From contig NC_068996.1 of the NCBI RefSeq assembly GCF_001194135.2, positions 49,725,952-49,788,539 of the forward strand: DNA of 62,588 nucleotides, given 5' to 3'. The stretch comes from Octopus bimaculoides. Its lineage: Eukaryota. Position 1 is the first letter of the stretch. Each line of letters begins with the position of its first letter. Shown piece by piece: positions 1 through 11,822 of the stretch. The translations under genes and the position numbers were made by a program. The notes under the pieces are model-generated. The model saw nothing but the letters and a program-made list of their open reading frames with translations. It ran no database searches and was not told the DNA's origin.

Positions 1-39
1 ACATGCTTAATTTCCCAAAAATTAACCACGTCAGGTTCT

Positions 40-250
40 TTCCTTGGCTCATATTTACACGCTAATCCGGATCTCTGCTGATGAAAGCCCCGGAGTTAGA
101 TATAATTTTATCTAGCTAAATAGCTTGAAACCATGGCACAGAGTGTAGACTGGTAAAAATGGTTTAATTTTTCATTCTCTTTCGAAATTATTCCTATTTT
201 TGTGGTATAGAGTTTTTTGCTACTCTTTCTAGCGGGTAGATGTCCTATTA
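40..250 (+). mobile_element. Penelope-like element terminal fragment carrying the hammerhead motif
   Basis: Hammerhead core followed by an A-rich then T-rich tail, the layout of Penelope-like pseudo-LTRs; no ORF seen. Confidence 0.4.
73..143 (+). ncRNA. Type I hammerhead-ribozyme-like motif (long stem II, 1-bp stem III with palindromic CATG loop)
   Basis: Stem I CTCTG(73-77)/CAGAG(139-143); core CTGATGA 78-84; stem II AAGC/GCTT enclosing hairpin GTTAGATA/TATCTAGC; GAAA 127-130; C-CATG-G; then CA where UH is canonical. Confidence 0.6.
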
Positions 251-383
251 TAGGCATCTCTATATTTTAAATGAATAATATATATGTAGTCTATTGACTA
301 ATTTTTTATTCTCGCTGGACCACTGGTGGTAAATTANNNNNNNNNNNNNNNNNNNNNNNNNNNNNNNNNNNNNNNNNNNNNNN

Positions 384-441
<58 letters not shown>

Positions 442-1225
442 CTTTATTGTTTATAATATGTGTTATAACTATATATGTGTTATAACACATATAACTATAT
501 ATGTCATCACTTGATTGTTCTCTTAAACATGAGCACCATCGATGTGGCTTTTGCAGTAGGCATTCAGATAGATTACTAAACAAGCCGACATGTTTCTTCA
601 TTCCATAATGGAATTGGATGTAGACCATGTCACAGGTGTTACCACTTAGTTTTCTTTATCCTAGAGAAATGTCTAAACAAAGACTAGGGGGTCTCTCACG
701 TCCAGCTGTTGGATGACCATTCACTCTAATCAATTCATGCACCTTTTGACAGGTTTTGTTTTGTCCCACAGTGAAGTTACATGGCCTGGTGGTTAGGAAT
801 TTGCACTCGTGATTGTCAGATTGTGGGTTCAATTCCAATACAAGGCTGCAAAACAGTTAATTTCAAATTACTCTATTACTGTGTGGGGAATCAGCATGTC
901 AAAGAATAGACCCAACGTTATCTCTGCACGTCATAAAAGGTGACTAAAAGAGGTTTAGGGTTGCGGTGGGATTTGCAATCAGACTTCATAAAACCCACCC
1001 AAACAGACCCATGGGTTGGAAGCTGTTGCCTCTATGGTGAAAAGGCATCATCTATCAGGAATCAGAAAACAGTAGGTGCAACAACATGCTCTTATACCAC
1101 ATGCCCCAATATTATTATTACTACTACAGAGTGTCTATAAAAAAAAAAAAAAAACACTCTCCACTACCAAGGAAACTTAGTAGAGTTTAGTCACCAATAG
1201 CTTGACCATACAACAGGTACATACA

Positions 1226-1407
1226 TGGGCTGTGTGGTAAGTAGCTTGCTTACCAACCACATGGTTCCGGGTTCATTCCCACTGCGTGGCACTTTGGGCA
1301 AATGTCTTCTACTATAGCCTTGGGCCGACCAAAGCCTTGTGAGTGGATTTGGTAGACGGAAACTGAAAGAAGCCCGTCGTATATATGTATATATATATAT
1401 GTGTATA
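1226..1407 (+). mobile_element. SINE family A (bipartite tRNA-headed SINE with internal microsatellite), left half, young copy
   Basis: GGCTGTGTGGTAAG A-box, GGTTCATTCCC B-box, TTGGGCAAATGTCTTCTACTATAGCC core, GGAAACTGAAAGAAGCCCGTCG, then (TA)n into gap. Confidence 0.9.
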
Positions 1408-1689
1408 NNNNNNNNNNNNNNNNNNNNNNNNNNNNNNNNNNNNNNNNNNNNNNNNNNNNNNNNNNNNNNNNNNNNNNNNNNNNNNNNNNNNNNNNNNNNN
1501 NNNNNNNNNNNNNNNNNNNNNNNNNNNNNNNNNNNNNNNNNNNNNNNNNNNNNNNNNNNNNNNNNNNNNNNNNNNNNNNNNNNNNNNNNNNNNNNNNNNN
1601 NNNNNNNNNNNNNNNNNNNNNNNNNNNNNNNNNNNNNNNNNNNNNNNNNNNNNNNNNNNNNNNNNNNNNTATATATATATATATATATA

Positions 1690-1895
1690 TATCATTCATC
1701 ATCATCATTGTTTAACGTCCGCTTTCCATGCTAGCATGGGTTGGACGATTTGACAGAGGACTGGTGAAATCAGATGGCAACACCAGGCTCCAATCTGATC
1801 TGGCAGAGTTTCTACAGCTGGATGCCCTTCCTAACGCCAACCACTCCGAGAGTGTAGTGGGTGCTTTTTACGTGCCACTGGCACGAGGGCCAGTC
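1690..1895 (-). mobile_element. RTE LINE 3' UTR/tail fragment
   Basis: (CAT)n tail plus GTTTAACGTCCGCTTTCCATGCTAGCATGGGTTGGACG...CTGGATGCCCTTCCTAACGCCAACC; same as the 3' end of the RT-bearing copy at 39190-40590. Confidence 0.85.
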
Positions 1896-1920
1896 AGGCA
1901 GTACTATATACATATCATGA

Positions 1921-2252
1921 CAGTGCATGGCTCAGTGATTAGAACATAGAGCTTACAATCGTGAAGTAGTGAGTTTGATTCCCAGACCAGACAGGGTGTT
2001 ATGTTCTTGAGCAAGACACTTCATTTCACGTTGCTCCAGTTCATTCAGCTGTAGAAATGAGTTGCGACATCACTGGTACCAAGCTGTGTCGGCTTTTGCC
2101 TTTGCCTTGGATAACATCGATGATGTGGAGAGGGGAAGCTGGTATGCATGGATGACTTCAGGTCATATATAAACAACCTTGCCTGGATTGCACCTAGGGA
2201 ACTTTCTAGGTGCAATCCCATGGTCATTCATGACCGAAGGGGCTCTTTACCC
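1921..2252 (+). mobile_element. SINE family C (tRNA head, Meta/V-like central domain)
   Basis: GGCTCAGTGATTAG head; TTCTTGAGCAAGACACTTCATTTCACGTTGCTCCAGTTCATTCAGCTG shared with 8290-8512 and 42516-42765. Confidence 0.7.
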
Positions 2253-2289
2253 TTAGCCCTTTATATATGCATCTCAAATGAATGGCACT

Positions 2290-2705
2290 TATGGAAGAGG
2301 GAGACGGAAGAAGACATGAGGTGAAGTACTGATGATCTCAGGACACTGAATCTCACAAAGATGACAAACAACTAAGATATCTGGTACCTTGCTGTATTCA
2401 AGAAGACCCGTCCTCCACAGCAGAAGTGTTCATGACATGCCCCCTGATGAAGAGGAATGGTATGCAAGGGCTCTGTTCCAGTGTCACATAAAAAGCATTT
2501 GTGCCAGTGTCATGTAAAAACACTCATGCCAGTGCTATGTTGAAAACATCCAGCATACACACTGTAAGGTGATTGGCTTTAGGAAGGGCATCCAACTGTA
2601 GAAACCAAGCCAAATCAGACTGGAACCTGGTGCAGCTCTCCAGCTCTAGCCAAACTGTCCAACCGATGGCAGCATGGACAACGGACATTAAAGGGTTATG
2701 ATGAT
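2290..2705 (+). mobile_element. RTE LINE 3' end (ORF C-terminus plus UTR)
   Basis: Decayed RGRRKKTWGEV..DLRTLNL..KKTR-like coding end, followed by AGGAAGGGCATCCAACTGTAGAAACC and (TGA)n. Confidence 0.7.
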
Positions 2706-2891
2706 ACAAAAGTAGCCTTGTTTATCACTGATTCATTCATCACTGATCCAGTATAACACAAGTTGGTAAATTAGTCTAAGATTTTGCTTCTATTGCAAAA
2801 CTCCACCTTAGCAATCTTCCCCAGTGCTCAGCTACCCAGAATGCACTGGCCATCGCTTGTGTTTACACGACCATGCTGCAAGGCTGCGTCT

Positions 2892-2923
<32 letters not shown>

Positions 2924-3019
2924 TTAATAAGTAATTTACACAGTTGTATCCATCAACACAGGACCAGTGAACAGAAGAATGGTACAAAGGCCCTTGATCC
3001 AAACAAACAACACGGATGA

Positions 3020-3510
3020 GAGTGTATTCTTTACAGGAAATGGTAGAGAACACCAAGGAAATACACAACAGTGGAAACTCCACTGCTGTGGGCCATGAGT
3101 TTGGTGCCAAGGAATCTAGCATTCTTTCCATTTACAAAGTGTGTGGAGAGAATTCATATAGCACAATGGTTTTATTTTTGCAACTAAACTCCAAAAACTA
3201 CACCCAAGTGTTAATAGCAGTCTTATACATATATTGGAGAACTCATCCCACCAAGAAACACCTGTACAAAGATCTACCTGTTTCCACTATTACAAAGGGA
3301 AAGCACTTGCTCTTTGTGGGACATTGCTGGTGAGCTAAACAAGAGCTGGCAAATGACTAAGTGCTATGGATGCTTAAGTAGGGTAGGGTTGCACATACGC
3401 AGGTTGTCTGAACACAATGTCTGTAGATCAACACAGCAGAAATACTGGATGGTTCCTCAAAGATCTCCTTCAACTAATGCGGGACCAAGATAGATGGTAA
3501 GTGAAGCTTA
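3020..3510 (+). pseudogene. Decayed RTE-clade LINE ORF C-terminus
   Basis: YTQVLIAVLYIYWRTHPTKKHLYKDLPVSTITKGKHLLFVGHCW then SVDQHSRNTGWFLKDLLQLMRDQDRW; matches the RTE pattern YTRMLR..SWR.HPT..LY..LP......RLRFAGHCWR...DQL..DTG....L...MRDR..W. Confidence 0.7.
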
Positions 3511-3872
3511 AAATTACTCAAGATGATCACACACACACACACACACTATAATGGCTGTCAAATATTGACACGCATTCACAGCATGTTCTCTGACAATTTA
3601 CTACAGGCAATAATTATATATAGATATATATATATATATATTAAGGTGTTTGAGTGTATGCCTATTTGTATGTATATGTATGTCTGATATGTGTGTATGT
3701 GTATACACACACACGGTTTTTTTATTTTTTTTTATATGGAATGAGTTTATACTCGTTTTGGTTCCATAATTAATCATACATAGGTGTGAGTTACGTCCCT
3801 TGTCACCTCATATTTAGATTTATTCACTTATCTATAAATGTATTATGTATTAAATGTGTGGAAAGAGAGATG

Positions 3873-4860
3873 CTGGTGTGGCTGTGTGGTAAGAAGTTTG
3901 CTTCCTAATCACATGGTTCTGGGTTCAGTCCCACTGCATAGCACCTTAGGCAAGTGTCTTCCATATAACCTCAAGCCAACCACAGCCTTGGGAATGAATT
4001 TGGTTGACAGAAACAGAAAGAAGCTCATTATATATATATTATACACAGGCATACCTCGGCTTAAGTCGTTCTCGATTATACATCGGATTTGGAAAATAAT
4101 ATATGGAAAAAGAAATCAAGCAAAGTCATTTTACTTAACTTTACGTCTGTATGCCACAAATATTGGAATCGTAAAATCACTAGAAAACCGTTAAAAGCAC
4201 ATAAGATCATGTTACAATAAATAAGAATAAAATCATATTAAAATATGTACAGTAAATGTTAAGATACACACCATAAAGTAGTGTAGCTGAGTGAACGAAA
4301 TCATGAAATCAGCTGTGTTGTCTTATTTATCTGTCCTTCAGAGCTCATATTGCACTGTATTTCCAATATCTACCATTAGGCATCGTTGTTTTGAATTCAG
4401 ATTTATTTGTCTGTTTATTGGCGACTTTCTCATTCTCATTTATTTGTGAATAATTTTTTTGCCCCCATGGCTCCTAAGAAAATTCATAGTGAAAGTGCTA
4501 ACGGTCATGCTATAACGCTGGAAGATAAACTGGCTAGGATAAAACGCCATGGAAAAAGGTGAAAAAGTGAAAGCGATCTTTTGGGATAAGTCGGACAACT
4601 GTATTGAGGACTGTACATAATAAGGACAAGATTTTAGCACATATGGTTTTTATTAACTATGTATTATTGAAAATGCATTCATAAATAAAGTACAGAACTG
4701 GGAATGGTTATTATCAGTTTAGCCTAGAGACAAGTAAATTCAGCCTAGCCTAGCCTAGAGACAAGTATTTCTGCTGTGTTGATCTACAGACATTGTGTTC
4801 AGACAACCTGTGCATGTAAAGCCCTACTTTAACATCCATGTAGGGTGAGGTATGCCTGTA

Positions 4861-4894
<34 letters not shown>

Positions 4895-5085
4895 CACACA
4901 CACACCTATGTCTTTGTGTTTGTCCCCTACAACCCCTTCGGTATGTTTATGTCCATGTAGCAAGAAAACGTTAAGTACCAGGCTTAGAAACAAAATTAAG
5001 TACTGGGATGAATTTATTCAACTCAAGTTCTTCAAGACGGTACTTCAGCATGGCCACAGTCTAATAGAGAGAAAAAACATCTAGT
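3873..5085 (+). mobile_element. SINE family A full copy split by a Tigger insertion
   Basis: Left half 3873-4040, right half 4861-5085 ending CAGCATGGCCACAGTC. Confidence 0.8.
4046..4858 (+). mobile_element. Tigger/pogo-type DNA transposon, internal-deletion derivative
   Basis: TIRs CAGGCATACCTC(4046-4057)/GAGGTATGCCTG(4847-4858), followed by TA; remnant ORF 4467-4562 MAPKKIHSESANGHAITLEDKLARIKRHGKR resembles the HTH-psq N-terminus of Tigger transposases. Confidence 0.85.
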
Positions 5086-6110
5086 GAGGATGGGGTAAGA
5101 CAAGCAAAAACGTTTGTGAAATGGCTATACTTAACAGATATCCCGAAAGGATTGGGGAAACATGAGGCAAAGATCTATTATTTCAAGATGCAAAAATCTA
5201 TAAAAAAGAGGGGGTTTTATGTAGTCAGTTTCCACTGAATGTGTATGAATTTTCTTTTGTGTATGCAAGGGTTTAAGATCTCTGTCTTAGTGTTAAGATA
5301 TTTATTTCCACAAATCATTTAAGATTACGCTCTTTGCTGATATGAAATGCTTCCATCTCTACAAAACATTCATGCATGGTTTAAACTTTAAGGCAATCTC
5401 CCAGTAGAAGTCAAGTTTCTATCATTTTCTTTTAATTGTAAGATATAGCTTCCAAGTTATGTCATATTCTATTTTTCAGTCTACTCTAAACAAATCACTT
5501 TGGCTGATAACTTCTACTATGAACTTTTAGGCTGGTGTTCAGGTTTCCATTCATGTATTTGACCTCTACTTTATAACTGAAGTCCTGGTACTACTACATG
5601 CTCTATTTAGCAGACACGTCACAGATATCTTTCGTGACCATCCAGCTTCAACATTAAGGATAGGTTGGCAAGATTTGTTTTACGTCAGCAGTGTAGTAAT
5701 AAGTGGTCTTAACTATGTGTCTACTGAACCTTCTACCTGGTTTCCAGGAATACTGTGTGAAAAACCATGCCATACTCTGTGCCATGTATTATGTAAACAG
5801 GCCCCATTTTTGAAGTTGGTTAATTTGCATATGGTGTTAAAAATAGTTTTGTCTTACTTTTTTATGTAGATTACTAAAAAGTGTGTTGATTTAGAAGTGT
5901 GTTGATTTGCACCAGTCTGTTAAATAAAATCATGTTCTTTAATTTGTTTAATTTTCATAATATAAACATTATATTTTATAAATAGTACAGTATAATATAT
6001 TCTAAGAATTTTAAGTAGAATAATAAACATCAAAAAGACTGTACTTTAGAAATGTGCTAATGTGAATCTGTTAAGTACAATTTAGCACTTATAATTTTTT
6101 TCATGTATTA

Positions 6111-6880
6111 TTTTCTTTTACTTCTTTGAGTCATTTGACTGCGGCCATACTGGATCACCGCCTTAAAGGATTTTTTAGTCAAAGAAATCACTGCCCCTGG
6201 ATTTATTTTCTGTAAGTCTATTTATGGTATCAGTCTCTTTTGCCGAACTGCTAAGTTATGGGGTACATAACCACACCAACATCAGTTGTCAAATGATTGG
6301 GGGGGGGGGATACAGACATAAAGAAACACACAAATGTATAAATATGTATGTATATATATATATATATATACATAAATATATATATATACATAAATATATA
6401 TATATATACATAAATATATATATATATACATAAATANNNNNNNNNNNNNNNNNNNNNNNNNNNNNNNNNNNNNNNNNNNNNNNNNNNNNNNNNNNNNNNN
6501 NNNNNNNNNNNNNNNNNNNNNNNNNNNNNNNNNNNNNNNNNNNNNNNNNNNNNNNNNNNNNNNNNNNNNNNNNNNNNNNNNNNNNNNNNNNNNNNNNNNN
6601 NNNNNNNNNNNNNNNNNNNNNNNNNNNNNNNNNNNNNNNNNNNNNNNNNNNNNNNNNNNNNNNNNNNNNNNNNNNNNNNNNNNNNNNNNNNNNNNNNNNN
6701 NNNTATATATATATATATATATATGATGGGCTTCTTTCAGTTTCCATCTAACAAATCCACTCACAACACTTTTTGTCAGCCCAAAGTTATAGTAGAAGAC
6801 ACTTGCGCAGGATGCCATGCAGTGGGACTGAACCCAGAACCATGTGGTTGGGAAGCAAGCTTCTTACCACACAGTCACAC
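6111..6880 (-). mobile_element. SINE family A full copy spanning a gap
   Basis: Tail GTCATTTGACTGCGGCCATAC, internal (TA)n and gap, left half 6721-6880. Confidence 0.85.
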
Positions 6881-7384
6881 CATTTTAAGCACATATTTAG
6901 ACTGTTTCCAGTAAACTGGAAAATTCAGGACACTTCTGATCCCAAGCTGGCTGAATAACTGGTTGGGTGGGACTGTATTTGTGTTCTAGTAGGAAACACC
7001 TGCCCATTAAATTCAAGAGTTCAGTTTACATCCATTTTCCATATTATCAAAGTAATGTTTACAGCTGGATGCTCTTCATTATACAGACTCTTGCCTATTT
7101 TCTACACAGTTTCAAAGCCATGAAGCCAGGAATTTATTCACAAGAGGAAAGCTAATAAGGACACCATGCAGTGACATTCAAATAGGTGAGCAACAGATGT
7201 AAACCAACACACAAACACAACTACACATATGTACTATACATACATACATACACAACAGGTTTCCTTTTTTAATATCTAATTATCAAATAACAGCAATGTG
7301 TCTGCAAAAAACTGGCCAATTTGAAGACAGACATATGTAGAAACAGAACAGATACCTATGCATGCCAACTCACACACACAAACA

Positions 7385-7500
7385 CAAACACAACAAGCTT
7401 CTTTTAGTTTCCCTCTGCCAAATCCACTCATAAGGCTTTAGTCAGCCCATTTCTATACTACAAGATACTTGTCCAAGGTGCCATGCAGAGGGACCAAATA
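7385..7500 (-). mobile_element. SINE family A left-half fragment
   Basis: CTTCTTTTAGTTTCCCTCTGCCAAATCCACTCATAAGGCTTT...CCAAGGTGCCATGC. Confidence 0.7.
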
Positions 7501-7589
7501 GCCCTATTTTACAAATAGTGTTTTTTTTTAATGGGGCTGCTGCCAAATATATATATATATATTATGTGTGTGTGTGTGTGTGTATATAT

Positions 7590-7880
7590 ATCATCATCAT
7601 CATCATTTAACATCCGCCTTCCATGCTAGCATGAGTGTGGTGGTTTGACGAAAGCCAGTCAGACTTCTGTGACTGTTTTGGCAGGATTTTTACAGCTGGA
7701 TGCCCTTCCTAACACCAACCACTCCACAGAATGGACTTAGTGCTTTTTATGTGGCACAAGCACAGGCAAGGTCAGTTTTGGCAAGGTTTTTACAGCTGGA
7801 TGCCATTCCGAACACCAATCACCTTACAGTGTGGACTGGATGCTTTTAAGTGGCACCTGTACTGACAGGGTCATCAAATA
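7590..7880 (-). mobile_element. RTE tail fragment with internal dimer
   Basis: Two tandem TTTTACAGCTGGATGCC..AACACCAA blocks; same layout at 28685-28910. Confidence 0.75.
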
Positions 7881-8289
7881 CTTACAAGAAAAAACATATT
7901 TTATCCACATTCAGTAACAAGAGGACCGTGTATGACAACTGCTTCAAAACCTGTGACTTCTCTCCTCCTATATCAATAATTACTGGTACACAGTTATACA
8001 GGACTTTTTACATTTATTTGTAATATTGAAGTTATCCAAATTCTAAAGATGTAGCTGTTTCTTTATTAAAAATCAATTCCTCCCTTTTAAGAATTCTATT
8101 AATAAAATTTACAAAAACACAAAAATATATACATTATATAAAGAAAAAAAGGATTTTATCCTTTATATCTATACTGTTCAGTATCTATGCGTTGAATAAA
8201 ATTTATCTTTCTACTTGTTCTAATATACATTATATATATCATTGTTTTAATATCCACCTTTTCATGTTTACATAGAACAGATAGTTTCT

Positions 8290-8512
8290 TTTTCAAGTCA
8301 TGCCAACTTATAAGGGCTGCTTTCCTGGTTTCAATGGCGTAAATATTCCCCATGTGAATGGGACACCAGTTCATGGAAGGATTACTCATTTTTGCCAGCT
8401 GAGTGGACTGGAGCAACATGAAATGAAGTGTTTTGCTTAAGAACAATGTGCTGCCCAATCCAGGAATCAAAACCACGACCAATCAGGAATCCAATATCCT
8501 AACCATTAAGCT
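8290..8512 (-). mobile_element. SINE family C
   Basis: CAGCTGAGTGGACTGGAGCAACATGAAATGAAGTGTTTTGCTTAAG; reverse complement of the family C core. Confidence 0.7.
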
Positions 8513-8969
8513 AAATGACTCCACTACATAGAACAGATGGAATTTAAGGCAGATTTTTTTTTTTTTTTACAGATGGAGGCCCTTCTTGTCAACAATCCTT
8601 ACCTACTTCCCAAGCAAGATAATATTTCAGTATGGCCAGATATATTTTCATAAGATTGGAAACCAATATATACACTGCTTATATAAGAGTGACAAATGTT
8701 AACAACTATCATGCAATGTCAAGACAAGGAGACACAAACACATAGAAATCATCATCATAAACATTTCAACATTCGCTTTTCCATGTTTACATGTATCAAA
8801 CAATTTGTTAAGGCAAGTTTTCAATGGCTGGACATCTTTGATGCCCTTCCTGTCACCAAACCTAACTTGTTACCAAGCAGAAACATCACTGATATGATGG
8901 CAGTGATGCTTGTTTACAATCATGTGATGTCAAACCAAAGGTACAAACACAAACACATACCGTATATAT

Positions 8970-9350
8970 AGAGGGAACCTGTGGAAGACATGGGATGAGG
9001 TGGTGAAGCATGGTCTTCGAATGTTGGGTCTCATGGAGGTGATGACAAGTGACTAAGACCTTGGCAATAAGCTGTGCTTAATAAGACTTGTCAAACCAAG
9101 TGAAATTGTAGTCATGGTCAATACCAGTGTCATGTAACTGGCACTTGTGCCGGTGGTACATAAAAGCAAGCATGCCAATGGCACATTTTTAGCATCCATT
9201 ACACCCTTGAAACAATCAGCATTAGGAAGAGCATCTAACCGTAAAAATCATGCCAAATGAGACTGGAACTTGGTGCAACCCTCTAGCTTACCAGTTCTGG
9301 TCAAACCGTCTAACCCATGCCAGCATGGAAAGCAGACGTTAAATAATGAT
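8970..9350 (+). mobile_element. RTE LINE 3' end
   Basis: RG..WKTWDEVVKH.LRMLGL-like coding end, then UTR to AGCATGGAAAGCAGACGTTAAATAATGATG. Confidence 0.8.
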
Positions 9351-9439
9351 GTGTGCGTGTGTGTGTGTGTCTGTTAAATTCAACTTACGCTGAAAGTCAA
9401 CAAACAAACTTTGCTTTAGAAGCGGTGAGATGTATTGAA

Positions 9440-9749
9440 AGATAAGGAAATAATTTTATTCTCAAACACAGGATAATGCTAATAATATAGCATGAACAGG
9501 ATAAATTATCCATATTTTGCAGAAAAATCTGTTGGTGGCCAAGGTCTCAGTCACTTGTCCTCACCTCCATGAGACCCAAAATTCAAAGATCATGCTTCAC
9601 CACCTCATCCCTTGTCTTCCACAGGTTCCCTCTATATATGGTGTGTGTTTGTGTTTGTACCCTTGTCTGCAAAATGTGGACAGTTTATCCAGTTCGTTCT
9701 ATATTATTAGCATTATCCTGTGTTTGAGAATAAAATTATTTCCTTATCT
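9440..9749. repeat. 84-bp inverted repeat with a spacer copied in inverted orientation from 8935-9065
   Basis: Arms 9440-9523 and 9666-9749; outer 51 bp identical. Confidence 0.9.
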
Positions 9750-9859
9750 ATATGTATGTATTATCTATATGTATGTATGTATGTTTGCATCCTTCCTCCC
9801 CAGTGTTTGTTGATTTGCAATCTACATGTTGACCTCAAGTATGCCAGTGGCAAGAAAAA

Positions 9860-10030
9860 AAAAACTACCCAGTACACACTGTAAAATGGTTGGCAATGGG
9901 AAGGACACCCATCCATAGAAACAATGCCAAAGCAGACACTGGAGCACAATGCAATCCTTCAATTCATTGGATCCTTGTCAAACTCTGTAACCCATGCCAG
10001 CATGAAACATGGACGTTAAATGATGATGAT
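9860..10030 (+). mobile_element. RTE tail fragment
   Basis: AACCCATGCCAGCATGAAACATGGACGTTAAATGATGATGATGA. Confidence 0.7.
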
Positions 10031-10039
10031 GATACACGT

Positions 10040-10200
10040 ATGACAGGCTTCTTTCAGTTTCTGTCTAGCAAATCCACTCACAAGTCTTTAGTCAGTTTGG
10101 GGGTTGGAGCAGAAGATACTTGCCTAAGGCACCATACAGTGGAATTGAACCTTAAATAAGATGGTTAGGAAGTAAACATTTTAACCAGACAGTCATGCCA
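10040..10200 (-). mobile_element. SINE family A left half
   Basis: GGCTTCTTTCAGTTTCTGTCTAGCAAATCCACTCACAAG. Confidence 0.75.
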
Positions 10201-10321
10201 GCATCTATATATTATTAATTAACGACCCATCATGTCAAATGCTTGGAAACTGAAAGTTTTAGATCACTGGATGACTGCATCTGTGTTTCTGAAAAGCGCA
10301 GCTTTTAGATAGGATCTAAAT

Positions 10322-10761
10322 TTAATCCTTTAGCATTTAAACTGGCCATACTCAGCCCAAATATTCTACTTGTTTTATGTTCAAACCAACCATATCCAAC
10401 CCCTCACACATGCCCTACAATGTCATTCTAAGAATAAACAATCACATCATCAAAATCTCAAAAGTTATGAGATAATACATGATTAATTGAAAACAAGGAT
10501 GACATTTGACAGAATAATCTGAATATTAAAGAGTTGATCCTTTAGCATTTAAGCTGGCCATAATCCTAAATATTTTATCTGTCTTACGTTCAAACTGGCC
10601 AAATCTCGTCAGTTCTGGTTAGCTAGACAAGGTCTTTCTAAAACTAAACGATTACATCATCAAAACTTCAAAGCTACAAGATAATGCATGATTAATTGAA
10701 AACATACATGAATAAATAAGCATTGTATTTGACAAGAGTAACTGGAATGCTAAATGGTTAA
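10322..10761 (+). mobile_element. Tandem dimer of a ~220-bp piggyBac-type MITE (family P1)
   Basis: TTAA|(C)CCTTTAGCATT...AATGCTAAA(G)GG|TTAA ends; the two units share a degenerate TTAA at 10534-10537. Confidence 0.7.
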
Positions 10762-11019
10762 ATATCAGCCATTTACATATGATAATGCAGCTTTACATAA
10801 ATTTGGAATTAGTTCTGCTTCACATGTGCAAGGGATTGTAGTTTGGAAACGTTTTGCTTAGCACCAAAACAAATCTATTATATTTTTGCTTCAGCTGAGA
10901 ACCCACCTAAAAGCTGCAAAAAGTTCACTTTTATACCTAGATACATCTTTACCATTATTTCAAAACCGTTACTAATATTTCCAAATATCTTTTCATCTTT
11001 TACCGTTTACTTGTTTCAG

Positions 11020-11320
11020 TCATTAGACTGCAGTCATACTGGAGCACCACCTTGAATTTTTAGTTGAATGAATTGACCCCAGTGCTTACTTTCTCATAAG
11101 TCTGGTACTTATTCTGTCAATCTATTTTGCTGAACCACTAAGTTACAGGGACATAAACACACCAGTTGTCAAGCGGCAGTAAGGAACAAGCGCGCGCACG
11201 CGATAGGCTTCTTTCAGTTTCTGTCTAACAGATCCACCCACAAGGTTTTGGTCAGCCTGAAGCTACAGCAGAAGACACTTGCCCAAGGTACCACACTGAG
11301 ACTGAACTCAGAACCATGCA
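11020..11320 (-). mobile_element. SINE family A near-full copy
   Basis: Tail, central and left-half motifs in order. Confidence 0.8.
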
Positions 11321-11329
11321 CCAGATTCC

Positions 11330-11640
11330 AGTCTGATTTGGCATGGTTTCTATGGCTGGATTCCCTTCATAATGCCAACCACTCTAATATAATAGTTATA
11401 TAACACCAGCATTGGCCACGACTACACTCACACTAAACTTGACAACTCTTCTTAAGTATGGTACATTGCCAAAGGTCTCGGTCACATGTCACTGCTTCCA
11501 TGAGGCCCAACGCTTAAACGGTGCTTTTTATGTGCCGGTTACATGACACTGGCATTGGCCATGACTACAATTTCACTTGGCCTGACAGGTCTTCTCAAGC
11601 ACAACATGTCACCCAATGTTTGAAGGGTGCTTTTTACATG
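11330..11640 (-). mobile_element. RTE 3' end fragments
   Basis: CCAGTCTGATTTGGCATGGTTTCTATGGCTGGA; CCAAAGGTCTCGGTCAC. Confidence 0.65.
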
Positions 11641-11671
11641 AAGAATTGATTCAAAATTTTTCTCAAAACAT

Positions 11672-11822
11672 TGCCCCCAGTACTCGACTGGTACTTATTT
11701 CATCCACCCTGAAAGGATGAAAGGCAAAGTTGACATCAGAGGAATTTGAACCCACAACATAAAGACACGAAATACCACTAAGCATTTTGCCTGGTGTGCT
11801 AACAATTCTGCCAGCTCACTGC
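11672..11822 (-). mobile_element. SINE family B (Nin/Deu-domain) fragment
   Basis: CTGGTACTTATTTT...GAAAGGATGAAAGGCAAAGTTGAC. Confidence 0.75.

Noticed and set aside
2444-2470. Other CTGATGA occurrences (about 2328, 2445, 43423, 45610)
   Set aside because: No stem II-GAAA or stem I pairing follows them.
7110-7185. Candidate plus-strand exon FQSHEARNLFTRGKLIRTPCSDIQI with good AG and GTGAGC
   Set aside because: Splice signals only; no homology recognised and no compatible neighbouring exon.
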